Shown: piece after piece, positions 36,290 to 46,100 of the stretch
Position numbering within the stretch: the stretch's first letter is position 1
Layout: every line of letters begins with the position of its first letter
Source: Chiloscyllium plagiosum
Lineage: Eukaryota
DNA length: 46,100 nt
Direction of reading: 5' to 3'
Assembly (NCBI RefSeq): GCF_004010195.1
Contig: NC_057718.1
Span: 48,357,345-48,403,444 of the forward strand
The notes under the pieces: model-generated
What the model was told of the DNA's origin: nothing
What the model saw: only the letters and a program-made list of their open reading frames with translations
Databases searched by the model: none
Made by a program: the position numbers and the translations under genes

Positions 36290-37545
36290 GGAGAGTTCTT
36301 TGAGAAGGCAACAAGCAGGATAGATAAAAGGGAGCAGGGGTGTACACGTAATATATTTGAATTTTTAGAAGGCACTTGATAAGTTACCACACATCAGGCT
36401 ACTAAATAAGTTAAGAGCCCATTGTATTGGAGGTACTGTATTAATATGGATAGAGGATTGACTTATTAGTAGAAGGCAGAGGGTTGGGAACATTTTCAGG
36501 TGGACCGCAGGGATCAGTGCTGGGACCGCAATTATTTACATTATATCTTAATGATTTGGATGAGGAAAGTGACTGTATTATAGCCAAGTTGCAGATGACA
36601 AAAAAAAGGGGGAAGGCAAATGGTGAGGATGGCACGAAGAGCCTGCAGAGGGATATTGACAGGTTAAGTAAGTGGGCAAAAGCTTGGCAGCTAGAATACA
36701 GAGGAACCTGGATTATCCGGCATTCGATGATCTGAAGGTCGAATTGTCTGGCAAGATCGCAAGGTTCCAATGTTTGACTAAACTATGCTATCCAGCATTC
36801 GATTATCTGGAATTTGATTAACCAAATGAAATACTCCATGTCCGTGTCCTTCGGATAATCAGGGTTCCTCTATATAATGTGGGGAAATGTGAGGTTATAT
36901 AATATGGCAAGAACAGTCGAGGAGCTGAATTTTATTTAAATGGAGAGAGACTATAGAAAGCCACAGAACTGTGAGATTTTGGGTCCTTGCTAAAACTGTA
37001 CACTGCACTAGTCAAACCACAAGTAGAATATTGTGAACAGTTTTGGATCCTTTATTGAAGGAAAAATACACTTGCATTGGAGGCAGTCCAGAGAGACTTC
37101 AGTAAGCTGATCCCAGTCTGGAAGGGCTCTCTTTTGAGAGGGAGTTGAATAGATTTGGCCAGTATTCATTGGAATATAGAAAAATGAGAGGCAACTTTAT
37201 TAAAACATACAAGATTCTTAGAGGACTTGACAGGGTAGATGCAGAAGCATTGTTTTCCCTTGTGGGAGGGTCTAGGACTAGAGGACACAATCTCAGAATA
37301 AGGAATTCTTTCTCTCATAGCATTATGAATCTATAGAATTCTTCACCACAGACAGCTGTTGAGCTTGGGCCATTATGCACATTCAAGGCTAAAATAGGCT
37401 GGTTTCTAATAAGTAAGGGAATCAAGGATTGCAGGGAAAAGACAGGAAAATAGAGTTGGTCATTATCAGATCAGCCGTGATCTCATTGAAAGGTGAAGCA
37501 GACTTGATGGGCTGAATGGCCTCTATCTGCTCCTGTGTCTTATGG
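36290..37545 (+). mobile_element. Old CR1 RT/3' fragment containing a MITE
   Basis: PQGSVLGPQLFTLYLNDLD and RKMRGNFIKTYKILRGLDRV; tail gtgtcttatgg. Confidence 0.88.
36699..36872. mobile_element. Tc1/mariner-pogo-type MITE (174 bp) with TA TSD
   Basis: TIRs cagaggaacctggattatccg / cggataatcagggttcctcta; TA at 36697-36698 and 36873-36874; removal restores CR1 frame EYNVGKCE. Confidence 0.88.
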
Positions 37546-38670
37546 ACTAAGTTAATGCACCATCTTGACTTAGCCATATGTCGCCTCTTCTTCTTTGCAA
37601 TTACAGACATCGAGAACTCTGATCTAACTAACAGCATTATCTGGATACTTTCATCAAATGGATTGCAGTGATTGAAGAAGATGGCTCACTACTACTTATT
37701 AAATGTCAAGTAGTGTGGGACAATAAATGGTGGCCTTGCTAGCAATCTATATCAGTAATGAGAATAATTCTTTTGAAAAAGTTATTCTTCAACTGTTCAT
37801 GAATCACGTGTTGTTTCACAATTAAGAGCAATGTGTCCAATTCTGCACATCATAGTGTAAGAGGAATGTCAAGGTCTTGGAGAGGTTGAAGAGAAGACTT
37901 ACCCAGAGTAACATCACACCTGAGCAATTTAATTATTTAGAGAGACAAGAGAAAATTGAATTTTTTATATTCATTAAGTATATTAGGAGCAACTGTTTGC
38001 AATAATGGATGTTTTACTAACCAGTGATCACAGATTAATGATAATCTGTGATAGAACCTTAAGGGTGATGATGAGAATTGTTTTTTTTGTGCAGTAAGTT
38101 ATTATTTGGAATGCATTGCATGAAAGAGTGGTGAAAGCAAATTCAATAGCAAATTTCGTAAAGAATTTGAATGTATGCCTGAAATAGAAAAATGTTTTGC
38201 AGAACTAAAGGGGAAAGGCTGAGGAGTGAGGCACATTGGTGAGAAAATATTGGGGGCTATGGACATGGGCTTAGCTGGGAAAAACATAGCAAGTTGTATT
38301 ATGCATTGTGGAACTCAAAACAAGAAATCACGAGAGATCATTTGAAAATCAGTAGGTATTTCCAATGATAAACAGCTACTCATTGACAGTAGTTTGTCTA
38401 GAGGTGTAAATAACCTCCCATCTCACCAAAAACCTGATAGGTTGAAAACAAATTTGAAGCAAGCTAATTGTTGAGACAGTTTAAAAGTTTATTATCTCAC
38501 TTAAAAGACAATGGATTTAGATTTTCCCAATACCGCATTTGGAAACATGATTTGACAGTTTGGGATAGCAACCATTTTTAAGTTTTGGTCTGCATAAAAC
38601 TCTGTCTGTAAGCAACTATTACACATAAAGCTCATGAGAGAAACATGAGACAAGTATTCAGGACTGCTGT

Positions 38671-39130
38671 AGCACCCAACCCATATCCCTCCAAATCCTT
38701 CCTATTCATACACCCATCTAGATGCCTTTTAAATGTTGCAATTGTACTAGCCTCCACCACTTCCTCTGGCAGCTCATTCCATACACATATCACCCGCTGT
38801 GTGAAAAAGTTGCTCCTTAAGTCTCTTTTATATCTTTCCCCTCTCACCTTAAACCTATGCCCTCTAGTTCTGGACACCCCGACCCCAGGGAAAAGACTGT
38901 CTATTTACCCTGTCCATGCCCCTCATGATTTTATAAACCTCTACAAGGTCACCCCTCAGCCTCCAATGCTCCAGGGAAAACAGCCCCAGCCTGTTCAGCC
39001 TCTCCCTATAGCTCAAATCCTCCAACCTAGGCAACATCCTTGTAAATCTTTTCTGAACCCTTTCAAGTTTCACAACATCTTTCCGATAGGAAGGAGACTA
39101 GAATTGCACGCAATATTCCAACACTCGCCT
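38671..39130 (-). mobile_element. CR1/HER1 3' segment of a 5'-inverted insertion
   Basis: KLERVQKRFTRMLP...WNELPEEVVEA; the terminal tail is missing. Confidence 0.9.
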
Positions 39131-39383
39131 CACCTGACTAAAGAAGTTGGGGGTTTGGTTCAGAAAAAGAAGGAAGTATATGTCAGGTATAGACAAGATA
39201 GATCAAATGAATCCTTAGAAGAGTATAAAGACAGTAGTAGTAGTATAAGAGGGAAATCAGAGTGCAAAATGAGGACTTGAGATAGCTTTGGCAAATAGAG
39301 TTAAGGAGAACTCAAAGGGTTTTTACAAATACAGTAAGGACGAAAGGGTAACTAGGGAGAGAATAGGGCCACTCAAAGATCAG

Positions 39384-39596
39384 ATTCTGGATCAGTGGTG
39401 CTGGAAGAGCACAGCAATTCAGGCAGCATCCGAGGACAGACAAAATCGACGTTTCGGGCAAAAGCCCTTCATCAGGAATGGGCTTTTGCCCGAAACGTCG
39501 ATTTTGCCTGTCCTCGGATGCTGCCTGAATTGCTGTGCTCTTCCAGCACCACTGATCCAGAATCTGGTTTCCAGCATCTGCAGTCATTGTTTTTAC
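39384..39596 (+). mobile_element. Young palindromic Penelope-derived element with perfect 15-bp TSD
   Basis: Arms 39381-39467 and 39480-39566 (87 bp, one mismatch), 12-nt loop. TSD ccactcaaagatcag at 39369-39383 and 39597-39611. Confidence 0.93.
39444..39479 (-). ncRNA. Minimal hammerhead ribozyme motif
   Basis: Minus strand attcCTGATGAagggcttttgcccGAAAcGTCgatt, identical to the core at 7418-7453. Confidence 0.7.
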
Positions 39597-40583
39597 CCAC
39601 TCAAAGATCAGCAAGGCAGCCTTTGTGTGGAACCACAGGAGATGGGGGAGATACTAAATGAGTATTTTGCATCAGTGTTTAGTGTGGAATAGGACATGGA
39701 AGGTATAGAATGTAGGGAAATAGATGATGACGTCTTGAAAAATGTTCATAATACAGAGGAGGAAGTGCTGGATGTCTTGAAATGCATAAAGTGGATGAAT
39801 CCCCGAGAGCTGATCAGGTGTACCCTAGACCTTTGTGGGAAGCTAGAGAAGTGATTGCTGGGCCCCTTGCTGAGATATTTATATCATCGAAAGTCACTGG
39901 TGAGGTGCCGGAAGACTGGAGGTTGGTTAACGTGGTGCCGCTATTTAAGAAAGGTGGTAAAGACAAGCCAGGGAAGTATAGACCAGTGACCCTGACGTCG
40001 GTGGTGGGCAAGTTGTTGGAAGTTGTTGAGGGACAGGGATGTATATGTATTTGGAAAGGCAAGGACTGATTAGGGATAGTCAACATGGCTTTGTGTGTGT
40101 GAAATCATGTCTCACAAACTTGATTGAGTTTTTTGAAGAGGTAACAAAGAGGATTGATGAGGGCAGAACAGTGGACTTGATCGATATGAACCTCAGTAAG
40201 GCATTCGACAAGGTTCCCCATGGGGAACTGGATAATAAGGTTAGATCTCACGGAATACAGAGAGAACTAGCCATTTGGATATAGAACTGGCTCAAAGGTA
40301 GAAGACAGAGGGTGGTGATGGAGGGTTGTTTTTCAGACTGGAAGCCTGTAACCAGTGGAGTGCCACAAGGACCGGAACTGGGTCCATTACTTTTCGTCAT
40401 TTATATAAATGATTTGGATGTGAGCATAAGAGGTATAGTTAGTAAGTTTGCAGATGACACCAAAATTGGAGGTGTAGTGGACAGCAAAGAAAGTTACTTC
40501 GGATTACAATGGGATCTTGATTAGATGGGCCAATGGGCTGAGAAGTGGCAGATGGAGTTTAATTTAGATAAATGTGAGGATGT

Positions 40584-40795
40584 AGGATGTATACATTTAA
40601 TAGTGAGGTCCTGGGGAGTGTTGCGGAACAAAGAGACCTTGGAGTGCAGGTTCATAGCTCCTTGAAAGGATAAATGTGAGGTGCTGCATTTTGCGAAAGC
40701 AAATCTTAGCAGGATGTATACATTTAATAGTGAGGTCCTGGGGAGTGTTGCGGAACAAAGAGACCTTGGAGTGCAGGTTCATAGCTCCTTGAAAG
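40584..40795 (+). repeat. 85-bp perfect direct duplication inside CR1
   Basis: 40584-40668 = 40711-40795; gataaatgtgagg is also duplicated (40567-40579, 40669-40681). Confidence 0.93.
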
Positions 40796-40869
40796 TGGAG
40801 TCGCAGATAGATAGGATAACGAAGAAGGCGTTTGGCATGCTTTCCTTTATTGGTCAGAGTATTGAGACT

Positions 40870-42485
40870 TCCTTAGAAGAAGAGACTTATATGGGGCAGA
40901 ATCTGTTTAGTGATTCTGATTGGGGTTTCCTGAAACAATGTGGGGATAGTCCAACTAGAGGAGGGGCCATACTGGACCTTATATTGGCTAATGAGCCTGG
41001 CCACCTTTAAGTGGGAGAGCATTTGGAAACAGTGATCACAACTCCTTAAGTTTTAGGGTATGAGTCAGGATCAGTCAGGACCTTGCAGGAAGATACTAAA
41101 TTGGGAAAGGGCAAATTATGTAAGTATTAGGCAGGAGCTAGAGAGAGTTAATTGCAGCTGTTTTGGTCAAGTGCACGTTTGACATGTGTGAGTTGTTTAA
41201 AGACCTGCTGATCAGGGTTCAGCATGGGCATGTTCCAGTGAGGAGGAAGGTCAAGGATGGCAATGTAAGGCATCATTGTTTAATGAGGGAGGTTATGAAT
41301 TTAGTTAAAAGGGAAAAGAATGTGTATGTAAGATTTAGGAAGCGAAAATTGGACAGGGCCTGTTAGGAATATAAATAAAGCAGGAAAGAACTCAAGCAGG
41401 GAATTAGAAGAGCAAGGATGGGCCATGAGATGACCTTGACAAGAAGGATCAATGAGAATCCCAAGGCATTCTATGCACACAATAAAAACTGAAGATAATG
41501 AAGAAGCAGGTAGGACCACCCAGGGATAAAGGAGGGAACTTGTGCTCAAAGATAAAGGATGTGGATGTGATCCTAAATTAGTACATTACATCGGTATTGA
41601 CCCAGGATAAGGAGGTAGAGGATAGTGAGATTAATGTGGAGCATGCTGTTATGCTAAGGCATTTTGAGATCAAAAAAGAAATGGTGTTGGATCTCATGAA
41701 GATCAATAAATTGGATAAGTCCCCAGGGCCTGATGGTATCTACCCCAGGTTATTGAGAGAGTCAAGAGGGAGATTGATAGGCCCTTGACCAAGATCTTTG
41801 TATCCTCACTAATCACTGGAGAGGTTCCAGAGGACTGGTGAGTAGCTAAAGTTGTTCCTTTGGTCAAGAAGAGGAATAGGGATAATCCAGGAACCTATAG
41901 AATGGTGAGTCTCACATGTGTGGTTTGGAAGCTATTGGAGAGAATTCTTAGGAATACAATTTACATGCATTTGGAAAAGCGTGGCCAAATTAAGAATAGT
42001 CAGCGTGGCTTCATGTGGGGCAAGTCACTAACGTAATTGAGTTTTTCGAGGACATGATGAAGGTGATGAATGAGGGTGGTGCAGTAGAAGTTGCCTACAT
42101 GGATTTTAGTAAGGCTTTCCACAAGCCTTATCCAGTAGATTAAGTTGTGTGGGATCCATGATGACTTGGCCACTTGGATTCGGAATTGGCTTGGCCATAG
42201 AAAGCAGAGGATAGTCATGGAATGATGTTTTTTCTGGTGTTTGGAAGGATCTGTGAATGGATCTCTGCTGCTTGTGATATATATAAATGACTTGGATGAT
42301 GAATGGGTTAGTAAGTTTGCAGGCGACACAAAGATCAGTGGATTTTGTGGATAGTGTGGGAGGTTGATACAAAGGGATAAAGATCAGTTGCAGAAATGGA
42401 TGAAGAAATGGCAGATGGAGTTTAATCTGGGCAAGTGTGAGGTGCTGCACTAAAGGAGATCAAATGTTAAGGAAAGGTATAAATG
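40870..42485 (+). mobile_element. Older CR1 ORF2 relic
   Basis: DSPTRGGAILDLILANEPG, KSPGPDGIYPRLLRE, SKFAGDTK remnants. Confidence 0.9.
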
Positions 42486-42494
42486 TTAATCGTC

Positions 42495-43035
42495 ATTATT
42501 TATCATAGTAGTTCCTCGCAGATACGGATGAGTCTCTTCGACTCTCAGGGTGTGTCTGTAGGTACAGACCAACATGGCTTCCACAGTCTCTGTTATACTG
42601 GGGTTGAAGGTGGTCATGGGAAAGGTGGGTAGGGTGTTATCTCCTTTCGCTTGGCTTCTGCATTTTCCTGATAGCAAGTCTCAAGATGCTCAATGCCTCC
42701 CTGGATGCTCTTCCTCCACTTTGGACAGACTTGGGCCAGTGATTCCCAGTTGCCTGTGGGAATGCCACACTTCAGCAGTGAGGCCTTGAGGGTATCCCTG
42801 AAGCACTTCCTCTGTTCACCTGGGGTTTGCCTGCCCTTTCAGCGCAGGGAGTAGATCATCTGCTTGGAAGTCTCATGTCTTTTATGCAGATGATGTGCCC
42901 AGCCCATTGTAAGTGATCAAGGGTGGTCAGTGCCTCGATGCTGGGGATGTTGGCCTGGTTGAGAATGTTAGTGTCAGTGCACCTTTTTTCCCACATAGTG
43001 TCTGTCTGGCTTGCCATAGCCACGTGACCTCCACT
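42495..43035 (-). mobile_element. RTE-clade LINE 3' fragment
   Basis: TNILNQANIPSIEALTTLDHLQWAGHI...RLP, typical RTE C-terminal motif. Confidence 0.75.
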
Positions 43036-43289
43036 ACTGCTGTAAGTTGCTTCCACTTTAGTTTGTGGTGGCCATTAGATGTGCTTATTCCATTAGATTG
43101 GCAATTTGAGAACTTAAAAAATTATTGGGCTTCTTGTGATTGGTGGTCGTGAGATCATTGCTGAAGTATAATTCAACAATGACAGAAACCATGGTAATAA
43201 AGTCCTGACATCATCTTTTTCGATATGCAGTAGCTATTCTGGTGATGTCATTGATGCAAAGTGTAGAGCAGACCTTTCTAGTCAACATG

Positions 43290-43382
43290 TCAAGAAATGT
43301 TATTGCACACCTCTGAAGCAGTTGGGACTTGTACATGGGCCTTCTAACGCAGAGGTAGGGACATTACCACTGCACTACAAGG
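43290..43382 (-). mobile_element. tRNA-derived SINE, third copy of the 3919/4586 family
   Basis: cagaggtagggacattaccactgcactacaag matches cagaggtagggacactactattgcaccaaag at ~3997-4029. Confidence 0.6.
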
Positions 43383-43461
43383 TCATCATTGAGTAGAATG
43401 TCTCAGCTTAGAGAATGAGATGAGTGATATTCAATTGAATTCAATTGATTCAGTTGTCTTG

Positions 43462-43700
43462 ATCAGATCCCTCAAAGTTGCCACCTAAGTTGATAGGGTT
43501 GACAAGAAGGCATATGGTGTGTTGGCTTTCATTAGCAGGGGGAATGTGTTTAAGAGCTGTAAAGTTATGCTGCAGTTACATAAAGCCCTGGTTAGACCAC
43601 ATTTGGAATATTGTGTTTAATTCTGGTCCCCTCATTATAGAAAGGATGTGGAAGCGTTAGAAAGAGTGCAAAGAAGATTTACCAAGATGCTGCCTGAACT
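43462..43700 (+). mobile_element. CR1 fragment
   Basis: aagaaggcatatggtgtgttggctttcatt...ctggttagaccacatttggaatattgtgt. Confidence 0.8.
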
Positions 43701-44100
43701 TTCATGTCATTGTGTAGCAGGCAAAAATGGTGACAAACTTCATGGTGCAACTAAAGCAGAGAAGGGCACTCTGTAATGCTTCCCGATTGATGGTGTCAAA
43801 GGCTTTTGTAAGGTCGAAGGCAGCCATGTACAGGGATAGGTTATTTTCTCTGCATTTCTCCTGCAGCTGTCACACGGTGCAAACCATGTCCGTTCTGCCC
43901 TTCTATGGCCGAAAGCCATATTGTCACTCGGCCACAGGGAGGAGACGATTGAGGAGGAACTTGGCAATGACTTTTCTAATGGTCGACAGCAGGGAGATTC
44001 CCCTGTAGTTACCACAGTCGGACTTGTTCCCTTTATTGAAAGTGCTCACAACTGTGGCATCTTGGAGGTCTCTCAGGATGCTCTCCTCCTTTCAGATAAG
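43700..44100 (-). mobile_element. RTE-clade LINE RT fragment
   Basis: Minus strand gives NYRGISLLST and MAAFDLTKAFDTINREAL..KFV. Confidence 0.8.
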
Positions 44101-45499
44101 GCAGACAAGGGCATAAATCTGTGTTGCTGATTATTTGTTTAAACATAACCATTTGAAAATTAAAAGAGGAACTACAAAAGTTCTAAATTAAATTCATGAT
44201 TCATGAATCTTCCTAAGGGCTCACTTGGTGTGGTCATGACATCAGACATTAGATAGATCTTTTAAGTGCCTGCATGTGCACAGCTAGCTAAGTGGCTTTC
44301 TTGTGTTGTATAATCTATTAGAAAAAGACACTTATAGCCCTTTAAGGTTACTGGCATGAAAAGTCAGCAGTTAACCAGTGCAGAATTTAACGCAGAATGA
44401 TCATGCAGAATACAAGCTACTCCCAGCAAATTGGTTAGAAAAGTGGGAGGACAACTTTGCTTCTATAGTTCTGAAAATCATCAAAACCTTTAACTTCTGA
44501 AAATTAGGAAGTCTCCTGGCAACCAAAAGACAACAGATGAATCAACCATTTTACATCCATCGAATTGCAATTCATAATCTGAATGTAATTGCCTGAAGTC
44601 AAACTTGACCAAACTTGGTCACATTTTATCTCTGTGCCTGTTAAATATATCATAATTACATCTAGTTTTCAATATTATAGCAAGTATCAATGTGAAAGCA
44701 GGTGTGACATGTATATTTCAATGCTAGAGAATCTTTGTGAAGCATATGCACTGACATTGTAGTAGTTAACTATGTGACTGACCTTCAAACTCTATAATTA
44801 CATAATGCTGATTGATTCTAATTTAAAATTAACTGACTAGTTGGAACTTTGAATCTTCACACATCAGCAAAATATTATTAACAACAGGCAAGGAATACAA
44901 ATGATAACATGAATTGATTTTGTAATGTTCTTAACACTTTTTCACAATAGTTAGTTTGACATATGCCCTTCTATAAATTAAATGCATTGATGACACTAAT
45001 GTTTTGCTTCACTATTGATTTCTTTTGTAACTGGAAAGAGCATTTCAAATATTTTCGTGATCTGAAGGTATTGTTGATAAACAATAAACCGTGGCCTTTG
45101 TGCTTGCTAACCCTATCTGATGCATTTAAAGTGAGGTTGCCATGCCAACTTTAGAATAGGGCCATCATTCAAGTCTTTTCAGATGCTAAAGACTTTCTAA
45201 TATCTATCCAGGGTGAACCTGTTCAGGGTTGGGTTGGAGCTCACTTTGCATTAGCCTAAATTCAGACCTTGCCAAAGTTTCCAGCATCAATGTAATAATA
45301 ATTTGGTCATGTTTCTGGCCTCAGAAATTTGCAGCACTTCCAGATCCAAAGAAGAGTGGTATTGGACTCAAACATTAATTTTGTTTCTGTCTCCATAGAT
45401 GTGCATAATTATATTTGCAGATACAATCTATTTTGATCAAAAAGTGCTCAATCTGCAGGTAGTCAATCCATGTGATATTTTATAAATTCTTACTTTGCA

Positions 45500-45866
45500 A
45501 TTAGAACCAGTCTGACTCAAGACAGATTCTAACCTCACACCTTGAATGCGTTGTCTGAGCTGAGATGTCACCTTTTTTTATAAAACCTTAAGTTATCTCG
45601 AGAATGTGACTTAAAGAAGTTCTGGGATGTACATGTTAATGAACCAAAATCTGCAACTCATTCTAAAAGATGAAAGACTTAACAGCAATCTAGATTTTTT
45701 TCAATATATCATTTCAGTTACATGACACTGTAATCTTTTGCTAAAAATTGCGTCTTGTGATCCTGCTCCACAACCACCTGATGAAGGAGCAGCACTCCGA
45801 AAGCTACTACTTCCAAATAAACCTGTTGGACTATAACTTGGTGTTGTCTGATTTTTCACTTTGTCC
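45500..45866 (+). mobile_element. Penelope-like 3' UTR/pseudo-LTR of a second family with hammerhead core
   Basis: cacCTGATGAaGGAGcagcaCTCCGAAAgcta (45775-45806) followed by aaataaacctgttggactataac. Confidence 0.7.
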
Positions 45867-45867
45867 A

Positions 45868-46100
45868 AGAATGTAGGGAGGCTGTGGAGAAGGTAGTACT
45901 GACAGGGAATACTTGCGGACACAGAGATAGGTTCAAGTGTGTATATTTCAATGCAAGGAGTATCAGAAATAAGGTGGGTGAACTTAAGGCATGGATTGGT
46001 ACTTGGGGCTACGATGTTGTGGCCATCACAGAAACGTGGATAGAAGAGGGACAGGAATGGTTGTTGGAGGTTCCTGGTTACAGATGTTTCAGTAAGATTA
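45868..46100 (+). mobile_element. Start of CR1 ORF2 (AP-endonuclease), runs off the window
   Basis: Uninterrupted FKCVYFNARSIRNKVGELKAWIGTWGYDVVAITETWIEEG...PGYRCFSK. Confidence 0.92.

Larger units (their letters stand above)
39134..40866 (+). mobile_element. CR1/HER1 RT segment (inverted relative to 38671-39130)
   Basis: TKEVGGLVQKKKE through MLSFIGQSIE; closely similar to the reverse complement of the 29376-31798 copy. Confidence 0.95.

Noticed and set aside
38645..39280. 211-aa ORF, the longest in the track
   Set aside because: Antisense CR1 reading fused across the inversion junction; not a gene.
39381..39566. Hairpins as miRNA precursors, CRISPR repeats or classical MITEs
   Set aside because: The asymmetric tail, long variable TSDs and hammerhead core point to a Penelope-type retroelement; there is no repeat-spacer array and the context is eukaryotic.
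45866..45900. aag|AATGTAGGGAGG (NVGR) as C1orf115 exon 2
   Set aside because: It does not continue into the expected KGCRY..GLQG motif and is contiguous with the CR1 ORF2 start.

Overview
Eukaryotic, repeat-rich vertebrate genomic DNA, almost certainly from a cartilaginous fish. The HE1/V-SINEs with (AATCT)n tails, HER1/CR1 LINEs, DeuSINE and Penelope-type ends suggest a carpet/bamboo-type shark; the species cannot be confirmed. Most six-frame ORFs are fragments of decayed CR1, L2, RTE, Rex1, Penelope and Gypsy elements. The one host gene I recognise is coding exon 1 of a C1orf115/RDD1 homologue (26973-27386, +), with a TATA/CCAAT/GAS-type promoter. I could not find its second exon, so the last ~18.7 kb is probably intron 1. 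A GC/CpG-rich block at 1-560 holds two phase-compatible candidate minus-strand exons of an unidentified gene. The most striking structure is a family of ~200-bp palindromic Penelope-derived insertions, each flanked by a 14-16 bp target-site duplication and carrying minimal hammerhead-ribozyme cores (CUGAUGA..GAAA-palindrome-UH). Also present are a CR1 with a twin-priming-like 5' inversion, a TA-flanked MITE and several nested insertions. Family names come from recalled motifs, not database searches, and repeat boundaries are approximate.
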